41,823 nucleotides of DNA from Candidatus Rokuibacteriota bacterium (GTDB taxonomy: Bacteria; Methylomirabilota; Methylomirabilia; Rokubacteriales; CSP1-6). The notes under the pieces are model-generated. The model was given only the letters and a program-made list of their open reading frames with translations. It made no database searches and had not been told where the DNA came from. Below, piece after piece: positions 29,253 to 38,963 of the stretch (positions are counted from its first letter, which is position 1; each line of letters opens with the position of its first letter). The position numbers and the translations under genes were made by a program. The stretch is taken from the NCBI GenBank assembly GCA_003220195.1, contig QHRT01000087.1, positions 1,678 through 43,500 on the forward strand, written 5' to 3'.

Positions 29253-30552
29253 TCCGATCGCTCTTCACGCTCTCACGGCGTTCGACGCCGCGGCGGGAAT
29301 CCGCGCGGGCACCGTCTCTGCCGCCGCGCTGGTCGAGGCACTCCTCGCGCGAATCCGTACGGTCGACCCTCGTCTGGAAGCGTGGGTGCACGTCGACGAG
29401 TCGGCGCGCGCGCCGGCCGCAGAGCGCGACGCGGAGGCGCGCCGGGGAGCGATCCGCGGACCGTTGCATGGCGTGCCCGTCGGCATCAAGGACATCTTCC
29501 ACGTCGCGGGGATGCCGACGCGCGCAGGCGCCGGGCCGTTCGCCCACACGACGCCGGCCGACGACGCAACGTCGGTGAAAAGGCTGCGTGCGGCGGGCGC
29601 GATCGTGCTCGGCAAGACGCACACGACCGAGTTCGCGTTCCGTGATCCGGCGCCGACGCGTAACCCGTGGAACCGGGACCACACGCCCGGCGGATCGTCG
29701 TCGGGATCGGGCGCCGGTGTCGCGGCGCGCATGGTGCCGCTCGCGCTCGGCTCGCAAACGGTCGGCTCGGTGCTGCGCCCGGCCGCGTACTGCGGTGTCG
29801 TCGGATTGAAGCCGACCCACGGTCTCGTGTCCGCCGACGGCGTGATCCCGCTTGCGTGGTCGCTCGATCACGTGGGCGTGTTCGCGCGCACGGTGGCCGA
29901 CGCGGCGCTGACGCTCGGCGTCCTGGCCGGTCGCTCGATCGACGTCACGCCGACGTCCACGCCACGGCTCGCGCTCGCGCCGGAGCTCTCCGCGCGCGCC
30001 GAAGCCGACGTGGCCGGGCAGGTCAGCGCGGCCGCGAGCGCCTTCGCCCGCGCCGGCGCGGTGGTCGAGGAGGTGAAGCTGCCGGCGTCGTTCGCCGAGC
30101 TGCACGAGGCCGGGCAGCGCGTCCTGGAAGCGGAAGCCGCCGCGTACCACGAGCCGACGTACCGGGATCACGCGAGCGAGTATCGCGAGGGGATGCGCGA
30201 GCTCATCAAGACGGGGCTCGCGCAGCCGGTGACCACGTACGTTCGCGCGAACCGCGCGCGGCTCCGATTCCGCGACGACGTGATGCCGGTGCTCGCCGCG
30301 TACGATGCGCTCCTCTCGCCGACGGCGCCGACGCCCGCGCCGCGCGGGCTCGCGTGGACCGGCGACGCGTCGCTCTGCGCGCCGTGGAGCTTCTCCGGCG
30401 CGCCGTCGATCTCGTTGCCGAGCGGCCTCGCGGCGTCGGGGCTGCCGTACGCGATCCAGCTCACGTCGGCCGCCGGCGACGAAGCGCGCCTGTTGCGCAC
30501 GGCCGCGTGGTGCGAACGCCTGCTGGCCTTCTCGCTGGAGCCTGCGTGCTGA
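29239..30552 (+). CDS. Amidase signature family protein
   Basis: GPLHGVPVGIKD, PGGSSSGSGA, GSQTVGSVLRPA. Confidence 0.92.
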   Translation: MRSGDPIALHALTAFDAAAGIRAGTVSAAALVEALLARIRTVDPRLEAWVHVDESARAPAAERDAEARRGAIRGPLHGVPVGIKDIFHVAGMPTRAGAGPFAHTTPADDATSVKRLRAAGAIVLGKTHTTEFAFRDPAPTRNPWNRDHTPGGSSSGSGAGVAARMVPLALGSQTVGSVLRPAAYCGVVGLKPTHGLVSADGVIPLAWSLDHVGVFARTVADAALTLGVLAGRSIDVTPTSTPRLALAPELSARAEADVAGQVSAAASAFARAGAVVEEVKLPASFAELHEAGQRVLEAEAAAYHEPTYRDHASEYREGMRELIKTGLAQPVTTYVRANRARLRFRDDVMPVLAAYDALLSPTAPTPAPRGLAWTGDASLCAPWSFSGAPSISLPSGLAASGLPYAIQLTSAAGDEARLLRTAAWCERLLAFSLEPAC

Positions 30553-32189
30553 ACCGCCCCCGGTCGAGCGCGCCGCTGGCTCGCGCGGGAGGCCCCTTTG
30601 ATTTGAAAATCACCGGCGCGACCGTGATCGACGGCACCGGCACTACGGGCGGGCGCGCGGATGTCGGCATCACCGACGGCGTCATCGCGGCGGTCGGCGA
30701 TCTGTCGCGCGAGCATGCCGGCACGACGCTGAACGCCTCGGGCAAGGTGCTGGCGCCCGGCTTCATCGACATGCACTCGCATTCGGACTGGCGCCTCTGG
30801 GAGAACCGGCGCGCGGAGTCGAAGATCCGTCAAGGCGTGACGACCGAGGTCGTGGGCAACTGCGGATTCTCGCCGGCGCCGGTGTCCACGGAGTTCCTCG
30901 ACGATCTTCGAGGATTCGCGATCGACGTGCCGAAGGGCATGACGTTCGAGTGGCGCACGTTCGGCGAGTATCTCGCGGCGCTCGACGCCGACGGGCTCGC
31001 CGTGAACGTCCTGCATCTGGTGGGGCATGGCGCGCTCCGGATCGCGGCGATGGGCTTCGCGCGCCGCCCGCCCGACCCGGGCGAGCTGACGCGCATGCAG
31101 AAGTTGCTTGCCGACGCTCACGAGGAGGGCGCGTGGGGACTCTCGACGGGACTGATCTACGCCCCCGGGTCCTACGCGGCGACGGAGGAGCTGATCGCGC
31201 TCGCGCGCGTGGCGGCGCGGCATCGCGGAATCTACGCGAGCCACATCCGCGGTGAAGCGTCGACGCTGCTCGACGCGGTCGCGGAGGCGATCCGGATCGG
31301 ACGCGAGGCGGAGCTGCCGGTGCAGGTGAGCCACGTCAAGGCGGCCGGACGGCCGAACTGGGGCGCGGTCGAACGGGCTCTCGGCTTGATCGATCAGGCG
31401 TGCGCCGAGGGCCTCGACGTCAGGGCCGACGCGTATCCATATACCGCGTCCAGCACGACGATCCGCACGCTCCTGCCTGACTGGGCGCTCGAGGGCGGAA
31501 TCGACGCGATGATCGCGCGCATCACCGATACCGCCACCCGCGCCCGGATCCGCCGCGACATCGAGTCGCCCGGGGACGGCCAGGGTCTGGTGGGCCGCGT
31601 CGGCTGGGAGAACGTGATGATCGCGTCCGCGAGCCATCGCAAGGACGCGGAAGGCCGGCGGATCTCGGAGATCGCGCGCGCGGCAGGGGTGGACGCGGTC
31701 GACGCGGCGCTAGAGCTCATCGTCGACGAGGCCGGGCACGCGTCGATGATCCTCTTCCAGCTCGACGAGGCCGACGTCCGGCGAGCGCTCGGACACCCGC
31801 GGGTGATGATCGGCTCGGACGGTTCGGCGCTGTCGCCGTCGGGCTCGCTCGGTGGAAGCAAGCCCCATCCGCGAAGCTACGGGACGTTCCCGCGGGTCCT
31901 CGGCCACTACGCGCGCGAGGAGCGCCTGCTGACGCTGGCGCAAGCCGTCCACAAGATGACCGGGCTGCCCGCGCGTCGGCTGGGGCTGCGCGATCGTGGC
32001 GTGATCCGTCCGGGAGCGAAGGCGGACCTGGCGGTCTTCGACGCGCAGCGCGTGGCCGACCTGGCGACCTACGAGGACCCGCATCGCTATCCCGCCGGGA
32101 TCGAGCACGTCCTGGTCGACGGCCGATTCGTGATCAAGGACGGGCAGCACACGGGAAGCCTGCCGGGGCGAGTCCTCACGCCTCCGTGA
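30546..32189 (+). CDS. N-acyl-D-amino-acid deacylase (D-aminoacylase) family amidohydrolase
   Basis: PGFIDMHSHSD, GNCG, SHIR, SHVK, IGSDG, PHPRSYGTFPR. Start uncertain. Confidence 0.9.
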   Translation: MLNRPRSSAPLARAGGPFDLKITGATVIDGTGTTGGRADVGITDGVIAAVGDLSREHAGTTLNASGKVLAPGFIDMHSHSDWRLWENRRAESKIRQGVTTEVVGNCGFSPAPVSTEFLDDLRGFAIDVPKGMTFEWRTFGEYLAALDADGLAVNVLHLVGHGALRIAAMGFARRPPDPGELTRMQKLLADAHEEGAWGLSTGLIYAPGSYAATEELIALARVAARHRGIYASHIRGEASTLLDAVAEAIRIGREAELPVQVSHVKAAGRPNWGAVERALGLIDQACAEGLDVRADAYPYTASSTTIRTLLPDWALEGGIDAMIARITDTATRARIRRDIESPGDGQGLVGRVGWENVMIASASHRKDAEGRRISEIARAAGVDAVDAALELIVDEAGHASMILFQLDEADVRRALGHPRVMIGSDGSALSPSGSLGGSKPHPRSYGTFPRVLGHYAREERLLTLAQAVHKMTGLPARRLGLRDRGVIRPGAKADLAVFDAQRVADLATYEDPHRYPAGIEHVLVDGRFVIKDGQHTGSLPGRVLTPP

Positions 32190-32193
32190 CGTC

Positions 32194-34845
32194 ATGGCCG
32201 CCGGGACGCGCGCCACCCCGAAGATCCGTCGCGTGATCACCGCGCTCGACGAGCTGACGCGTCTTTCGGTGTCGACCTCGTCCATCGACGACGTCCTGCG
32301 CGTCTTCGCCGAGAAGCTCGCGACGCTCGTCTGGTTCGACTCGCTCGGCGTGTCGCTGGTCGATACCGAGCGCTGTCAATTCGAGACGATCGATCTCCTG
32401 ACGCGCGACATGTCCCCCACGCCACCCGGTGACGTCCGGCTCCCCCTGGCCGGGACGCTGCTGGCGCAGGTCATCGCGACGGGCGACGTCCACCGCGAAG
32501 ACGACGTCGCCACCGCCGCGATTCCCGAGGCGAGCCGCCAGCAACTCCTCGAGCATGGCTCCCGCTCGATGATCATGGTCCCGCTCGTCGCCCGCGGCGG
32601 CGCGATCGGCGCGGTCACGCTCGCGGCGGTCCGGCCGGCCGGCTTCGACGATGCTGACGTCGAGGTGGCGGCCCAGCTGGCGCGCCCGCTGGCCTCGGCC
32701 ATCGATCAGCGGCGGCTCGTGGAGGAGACGCGCCACCGCGCCGAAGAACTCGAGGCGCTGTCGGCGACGAGTCAGCTCATCACCGCGCACCTCGACGTCG
32801 CGTCCGTGCTCGACCGCATCAACCGGTCGGTCACGGAGTTGATCGGCAGCACCGGCTGCGCGATCGGGTTGCTGGACACGAGCGGCACGTCGCTGACGCA
32901 CGCCGCCGCGCACGGCTATCGCACAGACGAGTGGCGGGCGCTCGCCGTGCCGGTGGGCGATGGGATCATCGGCGCGTGCGCGCAGTCGGGGGCCGCGGTG
33001 CGCGTCGATGACATCCGGACCGATCCGCGCTCGGCCCGGCGCGACATCGACGAGCGCGAAGACATTCGCTCGATGCTCTGCGTCCCGCTGCGCGTCGGCG
33101 GGGCGATCATCGGCGTGATCTCGGCGTTCTCGACGCGCCCGGCCGCGTTCACCACGCACCACCAGGGCGTGCTGCACGCGTTCGCCGAGCAGGCCGGCAT
33201 CGCGATCGCCAACGCGCGCCTCTACGAGGAGACCGAGCGCCGGGCTCGCGAGACTCGCGCCCTGTTCGAGGCCGGGCGAGCGGTCACCGCGAGTCTCGAT
33301 CCACGCGAGACGATGCGCGTCATCATGGAGCAGGCGCGCAACGTCCTGGGTGCCGCCTCGTGCGGGATCATGACGCTCGACGCCGCGGCGGGCGAGCTCG
33401 TCTCCGTCGCCAGCCTGGACCTGCCGCCGACGCAGATCAGCGCGATCCGGATCAAGGAAGGCGAGGGCATCACCGGGCTGGCGGTCCGCGCGCACCGGCC
33501 GGTGCAGAGCGCGGATCTCCTGAACGATCCGCGGCATCGCTACTCGGAGCTCCAGCGCGAGACCGGGCTGCGCTCGATGATCGCGGCGCCGCTCTTGCTC
33601 GGCGACCTCGCCATCGGCGCGCTGGTCGTGCTCCGTCGGGACGTGCACGAGTTCTCGCGGGCGGAGGAGGAGCTGCTGGTGGCCTTCGCGGACCAGGCGG
33701 CGATTGCGCTGCAGCACGCGCGCCTCTACGAGAATCTCGAATCGGTCGTCGCGGCCCGCACGCACGAGCTCGACGCGGAGAAGCGCTTCGTGGAAGTGGC
33801 GCTGGAGAGCCTTCCGCTCGGCGTCTTCGTGCTCGACGCCGAGCTGCGGGTGGTCCGTGCGAACCCCGAGGCCGCGCGCGTCCTGGCGGGAGCCGCCACG
33901 CCGGGCGTGGCGTTCGCCGCACTGCTGGGCGAGCGCGGAGACCCGGTCGAGACGTTCATTCGCGACGCGTGTACGCGGCAGCGGGTCGACAGGACCGAGG
34001 AGGAGCTGGTGATCGACAGCGAGGTCCGCACGGTGCGGCTCACGGCAGCGCCCTTGCCGCCGGCGGCGTTGACGGCCGGGCACGCCGTCGTGCTCGTGGA
34101 GGACATCACCATCGCCAAGAGACTCGAGCGTCAGATGCTGCTCACCGAACGTCTGACGACCGCCGGCCGCCTGGCGTCGGGCGTCGCCCACGAGCTGAAC
34201 AATCCGCTCGCGACCATTGCCGGATGCGCCGAGGCGCTGCTCGGGCGTCTCCGGGAAGGCGAGGAAACGCGCAGCGCGGACGCTGCGGACTTCGCTCACT
34301 ACCTCGGGCTCATCGAGGAGGAAGCGTACCGGTGCAAGGAGATCACGAGCAGCCTGCTCCAGTTCGTGCGCGAGCCGGGCAGCCGCCGATCGCCGACCGA
34401 TCTGAATGCCCTGGTCCAGAAGGCGGCCGAGCTCGTGTCGCATCAATCGCGGTTCGCCGAGAGCCGCGTCGTGACGGAGCTCGATCCCGAGCTGCCGATG
34501 ACGACCGTGAACGAGGGCCAGCTCCGGCAAGTGTTCCTCGGCCTCGCGGGCAACGCGCTCGAAGCGATGGACGGGCGCGGGATGCTGACGATCCGCACCC
34601 GCGCCCCGCGCGACGAGATCCAGATCGAATTCGCCGACACCGGGCCCGGCATTCCCGACTCCGTGCTGCCGCGGATCTTCGATCCCTTCTTCACGACGAA
34701 GCCTCCGGGGCAGGGAACCGGTCTCGGGCTCGCGATCGCGCAGGGCATCGTCGCCGACCATGGCGGACGCATCGACGTCCGCTCGCGCGTCGGTGAGGGC
34801 AGCGTCTTCCGCGTGGCTTTGCCGCGTACGCCGGGGGACCCGTGA
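32194..34845 (+). CDS. Sensor histidine kinase (3x GAF-PAS-HisKA-HATPase), soluble
   Basis: Repeated GAF ends (AIANARLY, ALQHARLY), VAHELNNPL, FFTTK, GTGLGL. Confidence 0.93.
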   Translation: MAAGTRATPKIRRVITALDELTRLSVSTSSIDDVLRVFAEKLATLVWFDSLGVSLVDTERCQFETIDLLTRDMSPTPPGDVRLPLAGTLLAQVIATGDVHREDDVATAAIPEASRQQLLEHGSRSMIMVPLVARGGAIGAVTLAAVRPAGFDDADVEVAAQLARPLASAIDQRRLVEETRHRAEELEALSATSQLITAHLDVASVLDRINRSVTELIGSTGCAIGLLDTSGTSLTHAAAHGYRTDEWRALAVPVGDGIIGACAQSGAAVRVDDIRTDPRSARRDIDEREDIRSMLCVPLRVGGAIIGVISAFSTRPAAFTTHHQGVLHAFAEQAGIAIANARLYEETERRARETRALFEAGRAVTASLDPRETMRVIMEQARNVLGAASCGIMTLDAAAGELVSVASLDLPPTQISAIRIKEGEGITGLAVRAHRPVQSADLLNDPRHRYSELQRETGLRSMIAAPLLLGDLAIGALVVLRRDVHEFSRAEEELLVAFADQAAIALQHARLYENLESVVAARTHELDAEKRFVEVALESLPLGVFVLDAELRVVRANPEAARVLAGAATPGVAFAALLGERGDPVETFIRDACTRQRVDRTEEELVIDSEVRTVRLTAAPLPPAALTAGHAVVLVEDITIAKRLERQMLLTERLTTAGRLASGVAHELNNPLATIAGCAEALLGRLREGEETRSADAADFAHYLGLIEEEAYRCKEITSSLLQFVREPGSRRSPTDLNALVQKAAELVSHQSRFAESRVVTELDPELPMTTVNEGQLRQVFLGLAGNALEAMDGRGMLTIRTRAPRDEIQIEFADTGPGIPDSVLPRIFDPFFTTKPPGQGTGLGLAIAQGIVADHGGRIDVRSRVGEGSVFRVALPRTPGDP

Positions 34846-36209
34846 CGCGCGCCATCCGCGTGCTCGTCGCCGACGACGAGCGAAATCTCCGTGATCTCGT
34901 CGTCCGCGAGCTGGTGCGCAAGGGCCACGAGGTCGACGGCGCCGGCGACGGCGAGGCTGCGCTCGAGCTCCTGCGCGAGGCGCCGTACGACGTCGCGATC
35001 CTCGACATGAAGATGCCGCGCAAGGCCGGGATCGACGTCCTCCGCGAGCTGTCGTCGGTCGCGGAACCGCCGCAAGTGATCGTGATGACCGGCGTGCAGG
35101 ACGTCGCGACCGCCGTCGAAGCGATGAAGCTCGGCGCGTACGACTACCTGACGAAGCCGACGAGGATCGAAGAGCTCGACGTGCTGGTGCGCAAGGCGGC
35201 GGAAAAGGGCCAGCTCGTCCGGGACAACGCCGCGCTGCGCGCGCACGCCGAGGGCGCGCAGCCGTTCGGCGGGATCGTGACGCGCAGCCCGGCGATGCAC
35301 GAGGTGCTCGGTGTCGTCGAGCGCGTGGCCCCGACCGATTCGGCCGTCCTGGTGCTCGGGGAGAGCGGCACCGGCAAGGAGCTCGTCGCGCGCGCGATCC
35401 ACGAGCGATCGGCGCGCGTGCGCCGCGCCTTCGTGCCGATCCATTGCGGAGCGTTGCCGCACGAGGTGTTCGAGTCCGAGCTGTTCGGCCACGAGAAGGG
35501 GTCCTTCACCGGCGCCATCACGACGAAGCCGGGGCTCGTCGAGCTGGCGGACGGCGGCACGCTGTTCCTCGACGAGATCGGGGAGATGGAGCCCGACAGC
35601 CAGGTGAAGGTGCTGCGCGTGCTCGAGACCGGCACGTTCTTCCGCGTCGGCGCCACGCGGGCGCGCCGCGCCGACCTGCGACTCGTCGCGGCGACGAACC
35701 GGGATCTCGACGACGCGATGAGGAAAGGGCAGTTCCGTCAGGACCTCTTCTATCGCGTCAACACGATCACGGTCCGCCTGCCTCCGCTCCGCGAGCATCG
35801 CGAGGACATTCCGCTGCTCGCGGAGCATTTCCTCGAGCAGAAGTCGACGTACGGCGTGAAGAAGCTTTCGCCGGCGGCGTTCGCGGCCCTCGAAGCCTAT
35901 GCCTGGCCCGGCAACGTGCGCGAGTTGCTGCACGCGATCGAGCGTGGCGTGATCCTCGCGAAGGGCGACGAGATCCAGCCGGAGGATTTGCCGCCGGAGG
36001 TGCTGGGCCGCGGTTCCGCGACCGTCAGTGCTTCACCCGCCCCGGCCGGCGGCATCACGCTCGAATCGGTGGAGCGCCAGGCGATCGTCGGAACGCTTCG
36101 CCAGGTCGGCGGCCACCGCGGCAAGGCGGCCGCCCTGCTCGGCATCGATCCGAAGACGCTCTATCGCAAGATCCTCGGCTACGGCATCGCGCGCGAGGAG
36201 TTTTCGTGA
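34842..36209 (+). CDS. Sigma54-dependent response regulator (NtrC/AtoC family)
   Basis: REC domain, GESGTGKE, GSFTGA, FLDEIGE, WPGNVREL, Fis-type HTH. Confidence 0.95.
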   Translation: MTRAIRVLVADDERNLRDLVVRELVRKGHEVDGAGDGEAALELLREAPYDVAILDMKMPRKAGIDVLRELSSVAEPPQVIVMTGVQDVATAVEAMKLGAYDYLTKPTRIEELDVLVRKAAEKGQLVRDNAALRAHAEGAQPFGGIVTRSPAMHEVLGVVERVAPTDSAVLVLGESGTGKELVARAIHERSARVRRAFVPIHCGALPHEVFESELFGHEKGSFTGAITTKPGLVELADGGTLFLDEIGEMEPDSQVKVLRVLETGTFFRVGATRARRADLRLVAATNRDLDDAMRKGQFRQDLFYRVNTITVRLPPLREHREDIPLLAEHFLEQKSTYGVKKLSPAAFAALEAYAWPGNVRELLHAIERGVILAKGDEIQPEDLPPEVLGRGSATVSASPAPAGGITLESVERQAIVGTLRQVGGHRGKAAALLGIDPKTLYRKILGYGIAREEFS

Positions 36210-36384
36210 CCGGGACCTCGTCAACGTGGGCGCCGGCGCGGGCTCGTACGAGCCGACCGATCGACGCGTCGTCGCCGTGGAGCCCTCGGTCTCGATGATC
36301 CGGCAACGTGCCGGCGACGCTGCGCCGGTCGTGCAGCGCTCGGCGCTCGACCTCGGATATCGCCTCCTCATCGGGCGGACGTAA
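36206..36384 (+). pseudogene. Remnant of a class I SAM methyltransferase
   Basis: LVNVGAGAGSYEPTDRRVVAVEPS...PVVQ is joined directly to a terminal LDLGYRLLI. Most of the gene is missing. Confidence 0.65.
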
Positions 36385-36552
36385 CGCCGACTCGCCGCGG
36401 GCGCGTCCCTTGCGCGGGGTCGCCGGGCGTGTACACTTGGAACGTCCGCCGCCACGGCGACCTCGCCACCGATGTAACGTCTTCCGCGTTCACGGGGCGT
36501 GCACGGTAGCGGAAGAAGAGTTGGCGGAAGAAGAGTTGAAGGAGGGCCTCAA

Positions 36553-36915
36553 ATGGCATCCAAACTGTACATCGGCGGCCTGTCATATTCCACGACGAGC
36601 GAAGGGCTCCGCGAGTTCTTCTCGCAGAGCGGCAACGTCCTCTCCGCCACCGTCATCACGGACCGATTCTCCGGACAGTCGCGCGGGTTCGGCTTCGTCG
36701 AGATGTCGACGGCCGAGGAAGCCCAGAACGCGATCTCGCAATTGAACGGCCGGGAACTGGACGGACGTCGGATCACCGTCGAGATCTCGAATCCGCAGGC
36801 GCGGACAGGTGGCGGTGGCGGAGGTCGCCCCGGCGGTGGCGGCCGCGGTCCCGGCGGTGGCGGTGGCCGCGAAGGCGGGTACGCGCACCGGCCGTCGAAA
36901 CCGGTGAAGTGGTAG
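36553..36915 (+). CDS. RRM RNA-binding protein with Gly/Arg-rich tail
   Basis: KLYIGGL (RNP2), RGFGFVEM (RNP1). AAGGAGG RBS. Confidence 0.95.
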   Translation: MASKLYIGGLSYSTTSEGLREFFSQSGNVLSATVITDRFSGQSRGFGFVEMSTAEEAQNAISQLNGRELDGRRITVEISNPQARTGGGGGGRPGGGGRGPGGGGGREGGYAHRPSKPVKW

Positions 36916-36942
36916 CGTCCCGTATTCCCTGACGACGCGAGC

Positions 36943-36971
36943 ACGGGCCAGCCGGTCATCGGCTGGCCCGT
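36943..36971. terminator. Hairpin between convergent genes
   Basis: acgggccagccg-gtcat-cggctggcccgt, 12 bp perfect stem. Confidence 0.7.
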
Positions 36972-36977
36972 CGTGTT

Positions 36978-38825
36978 TCAGGCGGGCGTTCCGCTCGCGT
37001 CCGAGAAGATTCGCTCGTAGCGGCCGTAGTCCCGCGCCGCGTCGGCGTCGGAGCGCGGCGGGATCTCGCAGGACGTCGACAGGATGAAGGCGGAGCGCCG
37101 CGCCGCCGTGTCGATGCACCGGCGGACGTCGGCTTCCATCGCTTCCTTGCTCGTTTTCTCGAAGCGCGTCGCGTCGACGTTGCCGATGGCGACGGCACGG
37201 CCCTGCGCGACCTCGACGAACCGTTTGAGCTGGTCGACGTGCAGCGTCGGGTCGGCCTGCTGATCCAGGTCGAAGGAGATGGTCGTGAACCCGCAGGTGA
37301 TCAGGTCGTCGTAGATCGGGTAGGTCGTGCCGCAGATGTGCGTCGTGACGCCGACCTTCTTCGCCTTGAAGTGGTCGACCAGCTCCTTGTGATAGGGCGC
37401 GATGAAGTCGCGATAGTTGTCCGGTGAGATCAGGCTGATCGACGCCGTGGGCTCCGAGAACGAGAGCCCGATGCCGGTCTTGACGATCGCGTCCCCCCAC
37501 AGCTTGCAGAAGTCGGTCGTCACGCGCATCAGCGCGTGGATGAAGTCGGGGTCCTCGAACGTGTCGAGCAGCATGACCTCGGGATTGCGCATCAGCATCG
37601 CGATCGTCCACGGGCCCACGGCGACCGCGCCGGTGGCCGTGGGAAGCTTCGCGGCCACGAGCGCCTCACACTGCTCGAGGAATCCCGGCAGCCGCGCCGT
37701 CCGGTAGGGGTCGGGCATCGCGATCGTCGCGAGCCGTGTCTTGTCCTCGGCCAGCACGTGCTCGTCGATCGACGGCACGACGTAGTCGGAATACTTGACG
37801 CCACACCCGAAGGCCTCGGCCTCCTTGGCCAGGTCGTTGTAGGCGAGCACGACGTCCGGCTGGTAGCGTTCGTAATAGTTCAGCATCGCGGTGATCGCGC
37901 GCGGCACGTTCGTGCAGTACTCCTCGATCGAGAGCCCGTCGAGCGTTCCGGCGAACGACGCGACGATCGGATAGGTCGGCACGCGGTCGGCGAACGAGCG
38001 CTTGTAGGCGGCCACCACGCGGTCGCGCGGGGTGTAGGCGTTGGTGCCCTTCTCGGCGTCCCACAGGCGGTTGGCTTCCATGTACTTGGGCGGCAGCTTG
38101 GCCTCGTACTCCATGAACTGCGTGATCGGGTAGCGGATCCCGCCGGCGTGCGTGCCGCGCAATCCCTCGATGATCTCCTCCATCCGATGCCACGGCACCG
38201 TGAACGCCATCTCGTGGTCCTGCGTCTGCCCGAAGATCCGGTCGCCGGAACACGGCAGGATCATCTGTGGCTCGTCGGTCCGCATCGTCGTCACGATGAT
38301 GTCCGCGCACGCGACGCGCCCGCCGAACGAGGACGTGAGCTTCCCGCCGCGCTTCCACAAGGCCGCCTGGGTGAGGCGCATCACCTGGGCCGCGTTGCCG
38401 TAGATGCACACGAGGTGCGGCTCGAACGTCGCCCGATCGAGAGGAGCGACGAGCAGGGCGTGGTACTGTCCCGGCGGAAATCGATCGATCGCCGCCTCGG
38501 ACCGCTGCCCCGCCTCCTTCGTCTCCGTGTACATCCCTTCGCAGAGCGTGCCCGAGGCGAAGAGGTGGTTCGGCTTCTCGAACCCGACCGCCGCGATGCC
38601 GAGCGCGCAGATGTGATCCTCGCGCGTCAAAGCGATCGTCCACCCGTACCGGCGCGCCATGTCGATGACCTGGCAATTCATGCTGAGCTTCTTGAAGTCC
38701 CGCGCCGGCCGGCGCGCCCGCTCGGGGATGGGCTCGTCGGGCCGCAGCATTCGAATGGCGACGGGAAACGTTTGCGGCCGGATGTACGTCTGAAGCTCAC
38801 GATCCGCGGTCGTCGTGTCGATCAT
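36978..38825 (-). CDS. DUF169 domain fused to an MtaA/CmuA-like (UroD superfamily) methyltransferase domain
   Basis: N-half: FPVAIR, MNCQ, CADI, PCSGDR. C-half: ADRVP, EAEAFGC, GPWTIA, EPTAS, HICG, GNVD, STSCEIP. Confidence 0.82.
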   Translation of the reverse strand: MIDTTTADRELQTYIRPQTFPVAIRMLRPDEPIPERARRPARDFKKLSMNCQVIDMARRYGWTIALTREDHICALGIAAVGFEKPNHLFASGTLCEGMYTETKEAGQRSEAAIDRFPPGQYHALLVAPLDRATFEPHLVCIYGNAAQVMRLTQAALWKRGGKLTSSFGGRVACADIIVTTMRTDEPQMILPCSGDRIFGQTQDHEMAFTVPWHRMEEIIEGLRGTHAGGIRYPITQFMEYEAKLPPKYMEANRLWDAEKGTNAYTPRDRVVAAYKRSFADRVPTYPIVASFAGTLDGLSIEEYCTNVPRAITAMLNYYERYQPDVVLAYNDLAKEAEAFGCGVKYSDYVVPSIDEHVLAEDKTRLATIAMPDPYRTARLPGFLEQCEALVAAKLPTATGAVAVGPWTIAMLMRNPEVMLLDTFEDPDFIHALMRVTTDFCKLWGDAIVKTGIGLSFSEPTASISLISPDNYRDFIAPYHKELVDHFKAKKVGVTTHICGTTYPIYDDLITCGFTTISFDLDQQADPTLHVDQLKRFVEVAQGRAVAIGNVDATRFEKTSKEAMEADVRRCIDTAARRSAFILSTSCEIPPRSDADAARDYGRYERIFSDASGTPA

Positions 38826-38963
38826 GGCATCGAGACTACTCTCGGCGGGGATCTCGTGGCAACGGAGTGCCGGAAGTCGCCCACTTCGTTGCCATGACCT
38901 CTCTCGAAAATCCCGCCGCACGCGCGCGAGCCATCGGTACGATCCTTGCGGTGGCACTTCATC

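Noticed and set aside
32176-34761. Long antisense ORFs (also 15892-18036, 27330-29162, 13007-14773 and others)
   Set aside because: They mirror well-supported sense genes and have no motifs. Stop codons are scarce at this GC content.
36808-36870. GGCGGT repeats as a tandem array
   Set aside because: They encode the Gly-rich tail of the RRM protein.
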